From the NCBI GenBank assembly GCA_963786935.1, contig CAWBAN010000002.1, positions 32,001 to 96,000 on the forward strand: DNA of 64,000 bases. The letters are read 5' to 3'. The notes under the pieces are model-generated. The model did not search any database. It was not told the DNA's origin and saw nothing but the letters and a program-made list of their open reading frames with translations. This DNA comes from an uncultured bacterium. GTDB lineage: Bacteria; Krumholzibacteriota; Krumholzibacteriia; Krumholzibacteriales; Krumholzibacteriaceae. The position numbers and the translations under genes were made by a program. This document shows, in pieces, positions 28,791 to 37,325 of the stretch. Each line of letters opens with the position of its first letter. Position 1 is the first letter of the stretch.

Positions 28791-29999
28791 TTAGCCGTTC
28801 CCGCGGCCCCCGGCAAACCTTTTTCTGATCTCTTCGGTCTTCTCCACGCTCATCCGCACGAGATCCGCCTCGGTCAGGATCCGGCGGCTGCCGTCGCGCC
28901 GGTCGACGACCGCCATGCGCTCCGTGCACGAGTAGCACGGATCCACGGCAGCCGTGATGAGGCCGGCGTCCGCCACGGTGTTCCCGAGAACGCTGAGCTC
29001 GTTGGTGAGAATGTTATTGAAGCTCGGCGCACGCACCTTGTGCCGCATCGGCATGTTGCCGCCGTTCGAACGCACGTAGTGGAGCACCTCGCCGCGCGGC
29101 GCCTCGTACACCCCGATCCCTTCGCCCGGCGGCACCTCGCCGATCTCGGCGCAGATGTCCCCCGGCTTCGTTTCCTCGATGAGCTTGAGGCACTGCCGGA
29201 TGATCTTGATCGATTCGAAATTCTCGAGCTGCCGGACGACGGCTTTGTCGAAGACGTCGCCGTGCTCGCAGAGGATCACGTCGAATTTCACCTTGTCGTA
29301 CGCGTCCATCGGGTGATCGCGCCGGTCGTCGACGTCGTAGCCCGCCGAGCGGGCCGTGGGCCCGAGCGCCCCGTAGAGCCGGCACTGGTCTTTGTTGAAG
29401 ACGCCGACCCCCTTCGTGCGCGCGTGGATGACCGGATCGTCGAGAATCGCCTTCGTGAGCATCATGTTCTCTTTCTCGACGTTGTCGAGCATCTTGAGGA
29501 TGTTCGGGATCTCCTCCTGCGGGAGGTCGCGGCGCACGCCGCCCGGCTTCATGACGGCGTAGTGGTTGCGGTTCCCCGTGACCGCCTCGAGCACGTCGAG
29601 GACCGGCTCGCGGAAGCGCCACGTCCACATGAACACCGTGTTGTAGCCGAGGAAGTGCCCGGCGAGCCCCGTCCACAGCAGGTGGCTGTGGAGCCGCTCG
29701 AGCTCGGCGGCGATGCAGCGGATGAACTGCGCGCGGAGCGGAATCTCGATCCCGCACAGGTCCTCCACCGCCTTGACGTAGGCGTACGGGTGGGAGCACG
29801 AGCAGATGCCGCAGATGCGCTCGACGAGGAACGGCACCTGGTCCCACGTCTTGTGCTCGGAGAGGAGCTCGATCCCGCGGTGGCTCCACCCGATCGTGAT
29901 ATCGATGCCGACCACGCGCTCCCCGTCCGTGTGGAGCTCGAAAAACTCGGGCTCCTCGAGGAGCGGATGGAACGGGCCGATCGGGATTTTCTTAACCAT
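28791..29999 (-). CDS. Group 4 [NiFe]-hydrogenase large subunit
   Basis: GPFHP, L1 ERICGICSCSH, EAPRGE, L2 DPCYSCTER followed by a cleavable extension. Confidence 0.93.
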   Translation of the reverse strand: MVKKIPIGPFHPLLEEPEFFELHTDGERVVGIDITIGWSHRGIELLSEHKTWDQVPFLVERICGICSCSHPYAYVKAVEDLCGIEIPLRAQFIRCIAAELERLHSHLLWTGLAGHFLGYNTVFMWTWRFREPVLDVLEAVTGNRNHYAVMKPGGVRRDLPQEEIPNILKMLDNVEKENMMLTKAILDDPVIHARTKGVGVFNKDQCRLYGALGPTARSAGYDVDDRRDHPMDAYDKVKFDVILCEHGDVFDKAVVRQLENFESIKIIRQCLKLIEETKPGDICAEIGEVPPGEGIGVYEAPRGEVLHYVRSNGGNMPMRHKVRAPSFNNILTNELSVLGNTVADAGLITAAVDPCYSCTERMAVVDRRDGSRRILTEADLVRMSVEKTEEIRKRFAGGRGNG

Positions 30000-30010
30000 C
30001 GTGCTTCACC

Positions 30011-30532
30011 TCAGGGATTCTTGCCTTTCGGCGGCCGGCCCGCCGTCTCGTCCGCGCGGGTCTCGCCGTCGTCGCGATCCCGGACCGTCTCGTGGCTGTC
30101 CTTGACCTCGCGCTTGGCGGGGTAGAAATCCGCGGGGCGCGTGTCGGAGCGCAGGAGCGGCCGCAGATCCGGATGGTTCCGGAAGTTGACCTCGTACATC
30201 TCGAACATCTCGCGCTCGATCCATTTCGCGCCCGGGATGTAGGCCGCGATCGAGTTGAGCGTCGGGTTCGGCTTCGCGGCGAAGGTCTTGATCGTGACGA
30301 AGTAATGCTCCTTGTCGAACGGGAAGAAGAACATCACCTCGACGCCGTCGCGGTCGTCCACCGCGCAGCCGGTGTCGTAGCGGGCGCCGAGATCGTTGAA
30401 GAGGAAGCGGGCGAGGTCCGTCCAGATCTCGTTCTCCGCGTAGACGTACACGCGCTTGGGGCCCCGGTCGGCGATCTTGACCTTCGCGCCGAATTTTTCC
30501 GCTATCCGTTTCTTGACTTCTTCGCGTTCCAT
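30011..30532 (-). CDS. NuoC/MbhK-like subunit
   Basis: PGAKWIEREMFEMYEVNFRNHP; start at MEREE. Confidence 0.88.
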   Translation of the reverse strand: MEREEVKKRIAEKFGAKVKIADRGPKRVYVYAENEIWTDLARFLFNDLGARYDTGCAVDDRDGVEVMFFFPFDKEHYFVTIKTFAAKPNPTLNSIAAYIPGAKWIEREMFEMYEVNFRNHPDLRPLLRSDTRPADFYPAKREVKDSHETVRDRDDGETRADETAGRPPKGKNP

Positions 30533-30543
30533 ATTCGACTCTC

Positions 30544-30957
30544 TTATAGCTGGTTCAGGACCTTGACGATTCCGGAAATGATCGTCTCCGGCTTCGGCGG
30601 GCAGCCCGGAATGTAGGCGTCCACCGGGATGTATTTGTCCATCGGGCCGACGACGTTGTACGCGTCGCGGAAGATGCCGCACCTGCAGCCGCACGCGCCG
30701 AACGCGACCACCTTGATCGGCCGCGGGGCCGCGTCGTAGAGGCGCCGGAGCCGCGGGAGTATGTTCGCCGTGACGGGGCCGCTGATGAGGAGCACGTCGG
30801 CGTGCCGCACGCTGCCGACGAGGATCACGCCGAAGCGCTCGACGTCGAAGCGCGGCGTGAGGCAGTCGAGAATCTCGATGTCGCAGTTGTTGCACGCCCC
30901 CGTGTTCACGTGGAAGACCCACGGGGATTTCTTCAGGGCTTTGAGCGCGAGCGACAT
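30544..30957 (-). CDS. Group 4 hydrogenase small subunit (NuoB/MbhJ-like)
   Basis: GACNNCDIE, FGAC and IPGCPPKPE. Confidence 0.92.
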   Translation of the reverse strand: MSLALKALKKSPWVFHVNTGACNNCDIEILDCLTPRFDVERFGVILVGSVRHADVLLISGPVTANILPRLRRLYDAAPRPIKVVAFGACGCRCGIFRDAYNVVGPMDKYIPVDAYIPGCPPKPETIISGIVKVLNQL

Positions 30958-30970
30958 TCTTCCCGGCCTC

Positions 30971-31903
30971 CTAGTATCCGATGATCGCGAGGATCATCGC
31001 GATAGCCGACAGCGCGAACATCGGTCCCCAGAAAAAGCGGACCGCGTGGTCGATCCTGACCCTCGGATTCGTATTCCTGATGAGCACGATGATGACGACG
31101 ATGGCGACGTACTTGAGAATCGAGGTGAGAATCCTCCATCCCTCGAAAAACACGCCCCCCCAGAACAGCGTGATGATGAAGAGCGGGATCACGAGGTACA
31201 TGATCGCCGTGTTGAGCCGCACGATGGCGAGCGGGGCGCCCGAATACTCGATGTGCGTGCCCCCCGCGATCTCGGTCTCCGCCTCGGGAATGTCGAAGGG
31301 GAGGAAGCCGAGCTTCGCCTGCGCGCAGAATATCATGACGATGAAGGCGAGCACGCCCGAGACGCTCCCGAGCATGACGCCGTTGTATTCCTGATACATG
31401 AGAATCTTCTCGAACGAGAAGCTCCCCACCTTCACGACGGTCGTGAGCACCGCGATCACGAGCGGGAGCTCGTACGCGAAGAGGAGCTTCATCTCGCGGG
31501 CCGAGCCGAGCGCCCCGAGCGGGTTCCCCGACGCGCTGCCGCCGATGATGAGGGCGATCGCCGGGATCGTCATGATGTAGAGCACGACGATCGTGTCGCC
31601 GACGAACGAGTGCGCGGGGTTGAGGTTGACGAGCCAGAGGATCGTCGAGGCCAAGGTCGCCGCCGCGAGGCCGAGGACCGGCATGACGAGGAAGCCGGTG
31701 TGGCGCGCGCCCGCGGGGACCACGACCTCCTTGCCGAGGAGCTTGGCCGTGTCGGCGAAGGGCTGGTACCACGGCGGGCCGACCCGGAGCTGCACCCGCG
31801 CGGTGACCTTGCGGTCGACCCAGGTCGTGAGCAGTCCGACGACCGCCGAGAACACGAACCCGGGGAACACGAGGTACTTCACGAAATACGATACGGCTTC
31901 CAT
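30971..31903 (-). CDS. NuoH/MbhM-like membrane subunit
   Basis: DRKVTARVQLRVGPP, PFDIPEAETEIAGG..EYSG and NPRVRID. Confidence 0.92.
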   Translation of the reverse strand: MEAVSYFVKYLVFPGFVFSAVVGLLTTWVDRKVTARVQLRVGPPWYQPFADTAKLLGKEVVVPAGARHTGFLVMPVLGLAAATLASTILWLVNLNPAHSFVGDTIVVLYIMTIPAIALIIGGSASGNPLGALGSAREMKLLFAYELPLVIAVLTTVVKVGSFSFEKILMYQEYNGVMLGSVSGVLAFIVMIFCAQAKLGFLPFDIPEAETEIAGGTHIEYSGAPLAIVRLNTAIMYLVIPLFIITLFWGGVFFEGWRILTSILKYVAIVVIIVLIRNTNPRVRIDHAVRFFWGPMFALSAIAMILAIIGY

Positions 31904-31915
31904 GACACCTCTTCG

Positions 31916-32395
31916 CTACCTGTTCAGCATGAAGCGGACGAAATAGCGCCCGCCCTCGACCGTGCGCTTGTATTTCTTCTCGATGGTCGCGAGCTCCTCG
32001 AACACGAGCGCCCCCGACGTGCACGTCGCCACGCAGCGCGGCTCCTTCCCCTCGGCGAGCCGGTCGGCGCAGAGATCGCACTTGGGGGACGTGTGCCACG
32101 TCGAATAGGGGAGCATGACGCCGAACGGGCACGACATGATGCACGACTTGCATCCGATGCAGAGGTTCCGCATGCGGATGATCGTGCCGTTCTCGTCCTT
32201 CTTGATCGCCTCCTGCGGGCAGACGTTGAGACAGAGGGGCTCGTCGCAGTGCCGGCAGTGGAGCGGCACGGTCGCCTTTTCCTGCACGCTCCCGTGCTTG
32301 AGATGCCCCTGCCCCTGATGCCCCGCGGCGCACGCCGCCGCGCAGGAGCGGCACGAGGTGCAGAGGTTCATATTGATATAGACGCGCTTTTCCAT
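31916..32395 (-). CDS. 4x[4Fe-4S] electron-transfer protein (HyfA/HydN/CooF-like)
   Basis: CTSCRSCAAAC, CRHCDEPLCLNVCP, CIGCKSCIMSCP and KCDLC...PRCVATC. Confidence 0.9.
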   Translation of the reverse strand: MEKRVYINMNLCTSCRSCAAACAAGHQGQGHLKHGSVQEKATVPLHCRHCDEPLCLNVCPQEAIKKDENGTIIRMRNLCIGCKSCIMSCPFGVMLPYSTWHTSPKCDLCADRLAEGKEPRCVATCTSGALVFEELATIEKKYKRTVEGGRYFVRFMLNR

Positions 32396-32399
32396 GATC

Positions 32400-34184
32400 T
32401 CACTTCTCGCTTTGCCGGCTCAGTTTCACCGGAACCGGGCCCAGAACGATCTCGCCGTCGCGGTCGAGCTTCCACGGGAACAGCTTGCGCACCGCGGGGA
32501 AATGGATCGTCGCGCCGACCGCGCCGGCCGGCAGCTTTTTCGTGATCTCGACCGGGAGCACGATCTCGGCGCCCGCGGTCGCGACCTCGACGTGGTCGCC
32601 CCGCTTGACCTTGAGCTTCGCGGCGAGCTCCTCCGGAACGAAGAGCGTCGCGACGGGGCACGTGATCTGGGACCAGTAGAAATTCCTGCTGAGACTGCCG
32701 TCCCCCGCGTGAACCGATTCGCTCCAGGGGATGAGCACCGTGCCCGCGGCGTCGAGCTCCTTCTGGGCGGCGGCGTATGCGGTCCACTCCGCGGCCATGC
32801 CGTCGGCGCCGGCGGTCCGGTTCGTGCGGCGGGCCGGCTTCGCGGGCGCTCCGAGCTCCGCACCCATCTCCTTCGCGAGCATCGCGAGGAAGCTCCCCGC
32901 GGTCACCGCGCCGGCGATCGGGGGCATGAACTCCTCGCGGACGAGCTCCTCGCCGAAGGCGGGCGCCACGGTGCCCCGCTTCTCCATGAGGCTCGCCGCC
33001 GGGATGACGACGTTCGCGCGATCGGCCGTCTGGTTCCAGAAGAACTGCGTCGTGGCGGTGAAGCGCTTCTCGCGCATCGCCTTCTCGATCGGCGCGGCCG
33101 GGAACACGGAGAACAGATCGAGCCCGAGCGCGATGATCGCCCGGAGCTCCGTGCTCGCGAGCTTCTTGAGGCAATCGCTCGAGCCCGCCGCGGCGAGCAC
33201 CGAGTAGATGCCCCACGTATTCTGCTGGACGAACTGCGGCACGAACTTCCGCTCCCCGGGGCACAGGTTCACGAGGGCCTCGGCGAACGAGAAGGCGAGG
33301 GCCGGAGCGCCGATTCGCCCGAATATATTCGAGAGGTATACGGTCACCTTCGCCGCGCCGAGCATCGAGGCGGCCGCGGCGGCCAGCGCGTCCTTCGAGA
33401 CGCCGCCGGCGCGCTCGATCTCGGCCCAGCCGAGACCGTCGACGAGCTTTTTGAGATCGGGGACGAGCGCCGAACCGGTTTTCTCGGCGGCGGCCTTGAG
33501 GAGCCCCGCCGCGACGGCCGATTCCCCGCCCGGCGTGCACCGGAGATGCCGGTTGGCGAACCACGCGGTGCGGCTCGTCTCGGGGCTCACGACGATGACC
33601 TCGCTCCCGCGCGTGCCGTATTTGCCGGGCAGCACGTCCTTCGCCGTGCACGGATGCTCGGAGAACGAATCGCCGATGAGGAGGCTCACGACGCGGTCGC
33701 CGGACGGCTTCGCGCCGGCGGGCTTCACGCCCGAGAGGTCGCGGCCCAGGTGCGCCCGGAAGAGCGGGGCGTCGTCGGGGGCGAAGAGCGCGATGTTGCC
33801 CGTCCCGAGCACGTCGCGCGCGAACGCGACCGCCATGCCCGCCTCCTCGATCGTGAGGTTCTCGCCGAGGAGAACGCCGATCGAGTCGTTGCCGAACTCC
33901 TTCTTCACGTCGGAGAGGCTCTTCGCCGTCTCGCGCACCGCCGCGGCGATCGTCGAGCGCTCGCCGAGGATGAACGGATAGTTGACGCGCCGCGGATGCG
34001 TGAGATATTCGGCGACCGCGTTGCCGCGCGCGCAGACGCTCCCGCCGAACTTCGAGCCCGCGCTCTTGTCCCAGTCGACGGAGAGGAGCGACTCGCCCGT
34101 GAAAATCGGGCGGCGCTCCCCGCCGCGCAGAACGAGCGGGCACGCGAGCGAGCATAACGAGCAATTCGCCTTGAGTTCCTTCAT
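32400..34184 (-). CDS. Molybdopterin-oxidoreductase-fold protein (NuoG C-terminal/FdhF-like), probably cofactor-less
   Basis: N-terminal CSLCSLAC...CARG Fe-S motif, ANVVIPAASLMEKRGT, C-terminal double-psi-barrel-like VKRGDHVEV. Confidence 0.75.
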   Translation of the reverse strand: MKELKANCSLCSLACPLVLRGGERRPIFTGESLLSVDWDKSAGSKFGGSVCARGNAVAEYLTHPRRVNYPFILGERSTIAAAVRETAKSLSDVKKEFGNDSIGVLLGENLTIEEAGMAVAFARDVLGTGNIALFAPDDAPLFRAHLGRDLSGVKPAGAKPSGDRVVSLLIGDSFSEHPCTAKDVLPGKYGTRGSEVIVVSPETSRTAWFANRHLRCTPGGESAVAAGLLKAAAEKTGSALVPDLKKLVDGLGWAEIERAGGVSKDALAAAAASMLGAAKVTVYLSNIFGRIGAPALAFSFAEALVNLCPGERKFVPQFVQQNTWGIYSVLAAAGSSDCLKKLASTELRAIIALGLDLFSVFPAAPIEKAMREKRFTATTQFFWNQTADRANVVIPAASLMEKRGTVAPAFGEELVREEFMPPIAGAVTAGSFLAMLAKEMGAELGAPAKPARRTNRTAGADGMAAEWTAYAAAQKELDAAGTVLIPWSESVHAGDGSLSRNFYWSQITCPVATLFVPEELAAKLKVKRGDHVEVATAGAEIVLPVEITKKLPAGAVGATIHFPAVRKLFPWKLDRDGEIVLGPVPVKLSRQSEK

Positions 34185-34221
34185 GGCTCCACGTTCGCGG
34201 GGCGCGCGCCCCGCCGGGTTA

Positions 34222-35040
34222 TCATCCGAACACGTTCGGGACGTGCTTGATCTTGTCGTAACACATGTCGGGGCCGTCGACGCAGAGGTAGTAGTGCCCC
34301 ACGTTGCACCTGCCGCACTTCCCCATGCCGCACGACATCTTCCGGTTCATGGAGAGGTATATCTGCAGCGGCGTATAGCCGACTTCGAGCAGCTTCAGCG
34401 TGACGAACTTGAGCATGATCTCGGGGCCGCACGAAACGGCGATCGAATTCTCGATATTGATGTCGAGGCCGTCGAGGAGCGTCGTCACGAGCCCCACGTG
34501 CCCCGCCCAGTTGGGGGCCGGCACGTCGATCGTCGTCGAGAAGTCGACGTTCGGCGCCGCCTTCGACCAGGCATCGTGCTGGCGCTTGAAGCAGAGCTCC
34601 TCGGGCTGCCGCGCGCCGAGCTTGATCGATATGCGCTTGTACTTCTTCGGATTCGCCAGGAGGGCGTAGATGAGCGAGCGGAGCGGGGCGAGCCCGACGC
34701 CGCCGCCCACGACGAGGACCTCTTTGCCCTCCATCTTCTCCATCGGATAGCCCTTGCCGAAAGGCCCGCGCAGGCCCACCTCGGCGCCCGGCTTGAGCGC
34801 GTGGAGGGCGTCGGTGACCTTGCCGGTGCGCAGGATCGAGATCTCCATCTTCTCGGTGATCGCCGGATCGGAGCTCGGCGTGAACGGCGCCTCGCCGCAG
34901 CCGGGCACCGTGAGCTGCATGAACTGGCCCGCCTTGAACTTGATCGGGCGCGAGGGCGCGAGGACGAAGGTCTTGATCGTCGGCGTTTCGACGATCACGT
35001 CCTCGACGAGCGTTTCGATCGGATAATACGGATTCTTCAT
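34222..35040 (-). CDS. FAD/NAD(P)-binding [2Fe-2S] subunit (HydG/AsrB/PyrK family)
   Basis: GQFMQL, GEAPF, RGPFGKG, VGGGVGLAP, CGP and MSCGMGKCGRC...CVDGP. Confidence 0.92.
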   Translation of the reverse strand: MKNPYYPIETLVEDVIVETPTIKTFVLAPSRPIKFKAGQFMQLTVPGCGEAPFTPSSDPAITEKMEISILRTGKVTDALHALKPGAEVGLRGPFGKGYPMEKMEGKEVLVVGGGVGLAPLRSLIYALLANPKKYKRISIKLGARQPEELCFKRQHDAWSKAAPNVDFSTTIDVPAPNWAGHVGLVTTLLDGLDINIENSIAVSCGPEIMLKFVTLKLLEVGYTPLQIYLSMNRKMSCGMGKCGRCNVGHYYLCVDGPDMCYDKIKHVPNVFG

Positions 35041-35046
35041 TCCGCC

Positions 35047-36114
35047 CTACGCTTTCTTCGCGCTCCCGGCCTTTTCCTTGATCCGCTTGAGCGATTCGCG
35101 CATGTCGATGCTCGCCGAGCAGGTATCGACGCAGCGTCCGCATCCCGTGCAGTAGATCGCCCCGTGGCTCAGCGGGAGATAATCGTATTTATGATAGAGC
35201 CGGTGCTTGACGCGGTCCGCGAGGCGCGGCCGCGGATTGAGCATGCCCGCCATGCGCGCGTAGCCGGTGACCTGGCACGAATCCCACGCGAACACGCGCT
35301 GGAAGTGCGAGCCGTCCGCCTTCTGATCGTACAGGAGGAAGCAGTAGCAGGTCGGGCAAATATTGGTGCAGGCGCCGCACTCGACGCAGCGGGCCGCGAT
35401 ATCCTCCCAGATCTCGTCGCTCAGCGTCGCGCGCATCGCCGCGCTGAGGTCCTCGGACGCCTTCGGATACTGCTTGTTCTTGCTCTCGAGATCCTTCACG
35501 ACCTTGGCGCGGGTCTCGTCGCGCATCTTGATCTGCGCGTCGCGCGCCTCGCCGAAGAGCTCCTTGTTCTCGCGGACGAACTTCTCGCCGCGCTCGCCGA
35601 GCGCCTCGACGAGATAGCCCCCCTGGATCTTCGACACGGCGAGGTCGCAGCCCTTCTCCGGCCACGGCTTCGCGCCGAGGAGATTGCAGAAGCAGCTCTC
35701 GCCGCATTCGCCGCAGTCCGCGCCGACGACGATCATTTTGTCGCGCCTGATCTTGTAGAACGGGTCGGTGAACTCCCCTTCCGTCTGCACCTTGTCGATG
35801 AGCGCGAGCGCGGCGAGATCGCAGCCTCTCGCGCCGGCGACGACGACCTGCGGGAATTCCTTCTCCTCCGCCATGTCGTCCCCCTCGGTGGAGGGATATC
35901 CGGCGACCGGGTAGCGGAGGAGCTGCGCGAGCGCCTTGAGGGGCTCCACCGTCCGGTAGCCGTCGAGACATAGATTGTCGGGGAGCGGGAAGAGCTCGAT
36001 CCGCTCGAGGTGCAGCTTGCCCGTTTCCGCCTCGCGGACGGGCACGAACAGCTCCCCACCGGAGGAGAGCTTTTTCAGGAGCCGCTCGAAGTTCGTAGAG
36101 TCTATAAAGTGCAT
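35047..36114 (-). CDS. [4Fe-4S] subunit (HydB/AsrA family)
   Basis: CVECGACTNICPTCYC, WDSC and CTGCGRCVDTC; start placed at MHFID. Confidence 0.88.
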   Translation of the reverse strand: MHFIDSTNFERLLKKLSSGGELFVPVREAETGKLHLERIELFPLPDNLCLDGYRTVEPLKALAQLLRYPVAGYPSTEGDDMAEEKEFPQVVVAGARGCDLAALALIDKVQTEGEFTDPFYKIRRDKMIVVGADCGECGESCFCNLLGAKPWPEKGCDLAVSKIQGGYLVEALGERGEKFVRENKELFGEARDAQIKMRDETRAKVVKDLESKNKQYPKASEDLSAAMRATLSDEIWEDIAARCVECGACTNICPTCYCFLLYDQKADGSHFQRVFAWDSCQVTGYARMAGMLNPRPRLADRVKHRLYHKYDYLPLSHGAIYCTGCGRCVDTCSASIDMRESLKRIKEKAGSAKKA

Positions 36115-36216
36115 ATTTCCGCGCTGATGATAAAAGCGACCACTGAAGCGGCCGACCGCGGGGCCATCGTCGTTCTCGCCTTCAGTGGCCAAGGCACCGA
36201 ACTTAAACAAGGTGTA

Positions 36217-36244
36217 ATTATCAACGAACGGGCGAAAGTGTCAA
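36217..36244 (-). promoter_or_regulatory. Candidate sigma70 promoter of the hydrogenase operon
   Basis: Minus-strand TTGACA-N16-GATAAT about 100 nt upstream of the first gene. Confidence 0.5.
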
Positions 36245-36318
36245 GTCCATTTTGCGATTTAGTCCGAAAAGGGGCGCCGCCGCCGCATGCGAAGGCGCCG
36301 GGGCGCGCGAATCGGCCC

Positions 36319-37254
36319 CTACTCGTCGAGCAGGCTCAGCACCGCTTCCCGGAGCTTCTCTCCGCGCACGTTCTTGTACCGGATGACGCCCTTCTTGTCG
36401 ATGAGGAAGGTCGCGGGTATCGAGTTCACCGCGTAGACCTGGGCGTACTCGCTCATCCAGTATTTCCCGTCGAAGAGCTGCGGCCATTCCATTTTGTTTT
36501 CCCGCAAGTAGTTCTGGAATTTCTCGCGCTCGTTGTCGAGCGAGATCCCGATGATCTCGAAGCCCTTCTTGTGCAGCTCGTCGTACGTCTTGATGACGTT
36601 GGGCATCTCCATGCGGCAGGGATTGCACCACGCGGCCCAGAAATCGAGGAGAACGACCTTGCCCTTGTAATCCTTCGGAAACTGTATCTTGCGCCCCTGA
36701 TACGAGGTCGCCTCGAGGGGAACCGCCGGCGAACCGATCTTGAGCTTCCGCAGCGCCCCGATTCTCGCGATCTCCGCCGCCGCGCCCTCGGCGGCGCGCG
36801 AGCCGGCCGCCCCGTCGACGCCCTGCGCCAGCTTGAAGCTGCGTTCGGCCTCGTCGTACCGCTCGAGCGCCATGTAGCAGGTGCCCATGACGTACCGCAC
36901 CTGCGCGATCACCTCGGGCCCCCCCTTGTCGCCGGGCATCGTGATGAAGTCGCCGAAGTAGCGCAGCGCCTTCTCGTACTGGCCGATCGACGAGTAGAGC
37001 CGCCCGAGCCCGTAGTTGGCCTGCGCGGCCTCGGCGGACTTGGGGTATTTCTTGAGAAAATCGAGCATCGTCTTCTCGGCGTAGTCGACGTACTCGTAGG
37101 GGCTCATCGTCTGCGACTTGGCCTTGAGATCCGCGTTGATCTTCTTGAGGGCCGTCGCCGCGTCGGTCTGCGCGAATGCGGAGCCCCCCGCGAGAACGAC
37201 GAGCGCCGCGACGGCCGCGACGGTGAATGCGATTCGGGTCCGGCGGAAGGTCAT
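36319..37254 (-). CDS. Exported TlpA/ResA-like thiol-disulfide oxidoreductase with N-terminal TPR
   Basis: Signal peptide, TPR helices, LDFWAAWCNPC, IPATFLIDKKG. Confidence 0.9.
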   Translation of the reverse strand: MTFRRTRIAFTVAAVAALVVLAGGSAFAQTDAATALKKINADLKAKSQTMSPYEYVDYAEKTMLDFLKKYPKSAEAAQANYGLGRLYSSIGQYEKALRYFGDFITMPGDKGGPEVIAQVRYVMGTCYMALERYDEAERSFKLAQGVDGAAGSRAAEGAAAEIARIGALRKLKIGSPAVPLEATSYQGRKIQFPKDYKGKVVLLDFWAAWCNPCRMEMPNVIKTYDELHKKGFEIIGISLDNEREKFQNYLRENKMEWPQLFDGKYWMSEYAQVYAVNSIPATFLIDKKGVIRYKNVRGEKLREAVLSLLDE

Positions 37255-37325
37255 GTCTCCCCCTGCAAACGCGAAGGTGCGTCCCGCTTCCGGGGCGCAC
37301 CTTCATGCGCGATTCGATCGATCGA

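Noticed and set aside
28791..29999. [NiFeSe] hydrogenase, or a Ni-less Mbx/Ehr/NuoD subunit
   Set aside because: All four ligands are ordinary Cys (CGIC, CYSC), and a maturation protease and C-terminal extension are present.
32400..34184. Active formate dehydrogenase (formate hydrogenlyase)
   Set aside because: No recognisable catalytic Cys/Sec-His motif, and the fold is strongly diverged.
34222..36114. Anaerobic sulfite reductase AsrAB
   Set aside because: No siroheme AsrC subunit is adjacent; the genes lead a hydrogenase operon instead.
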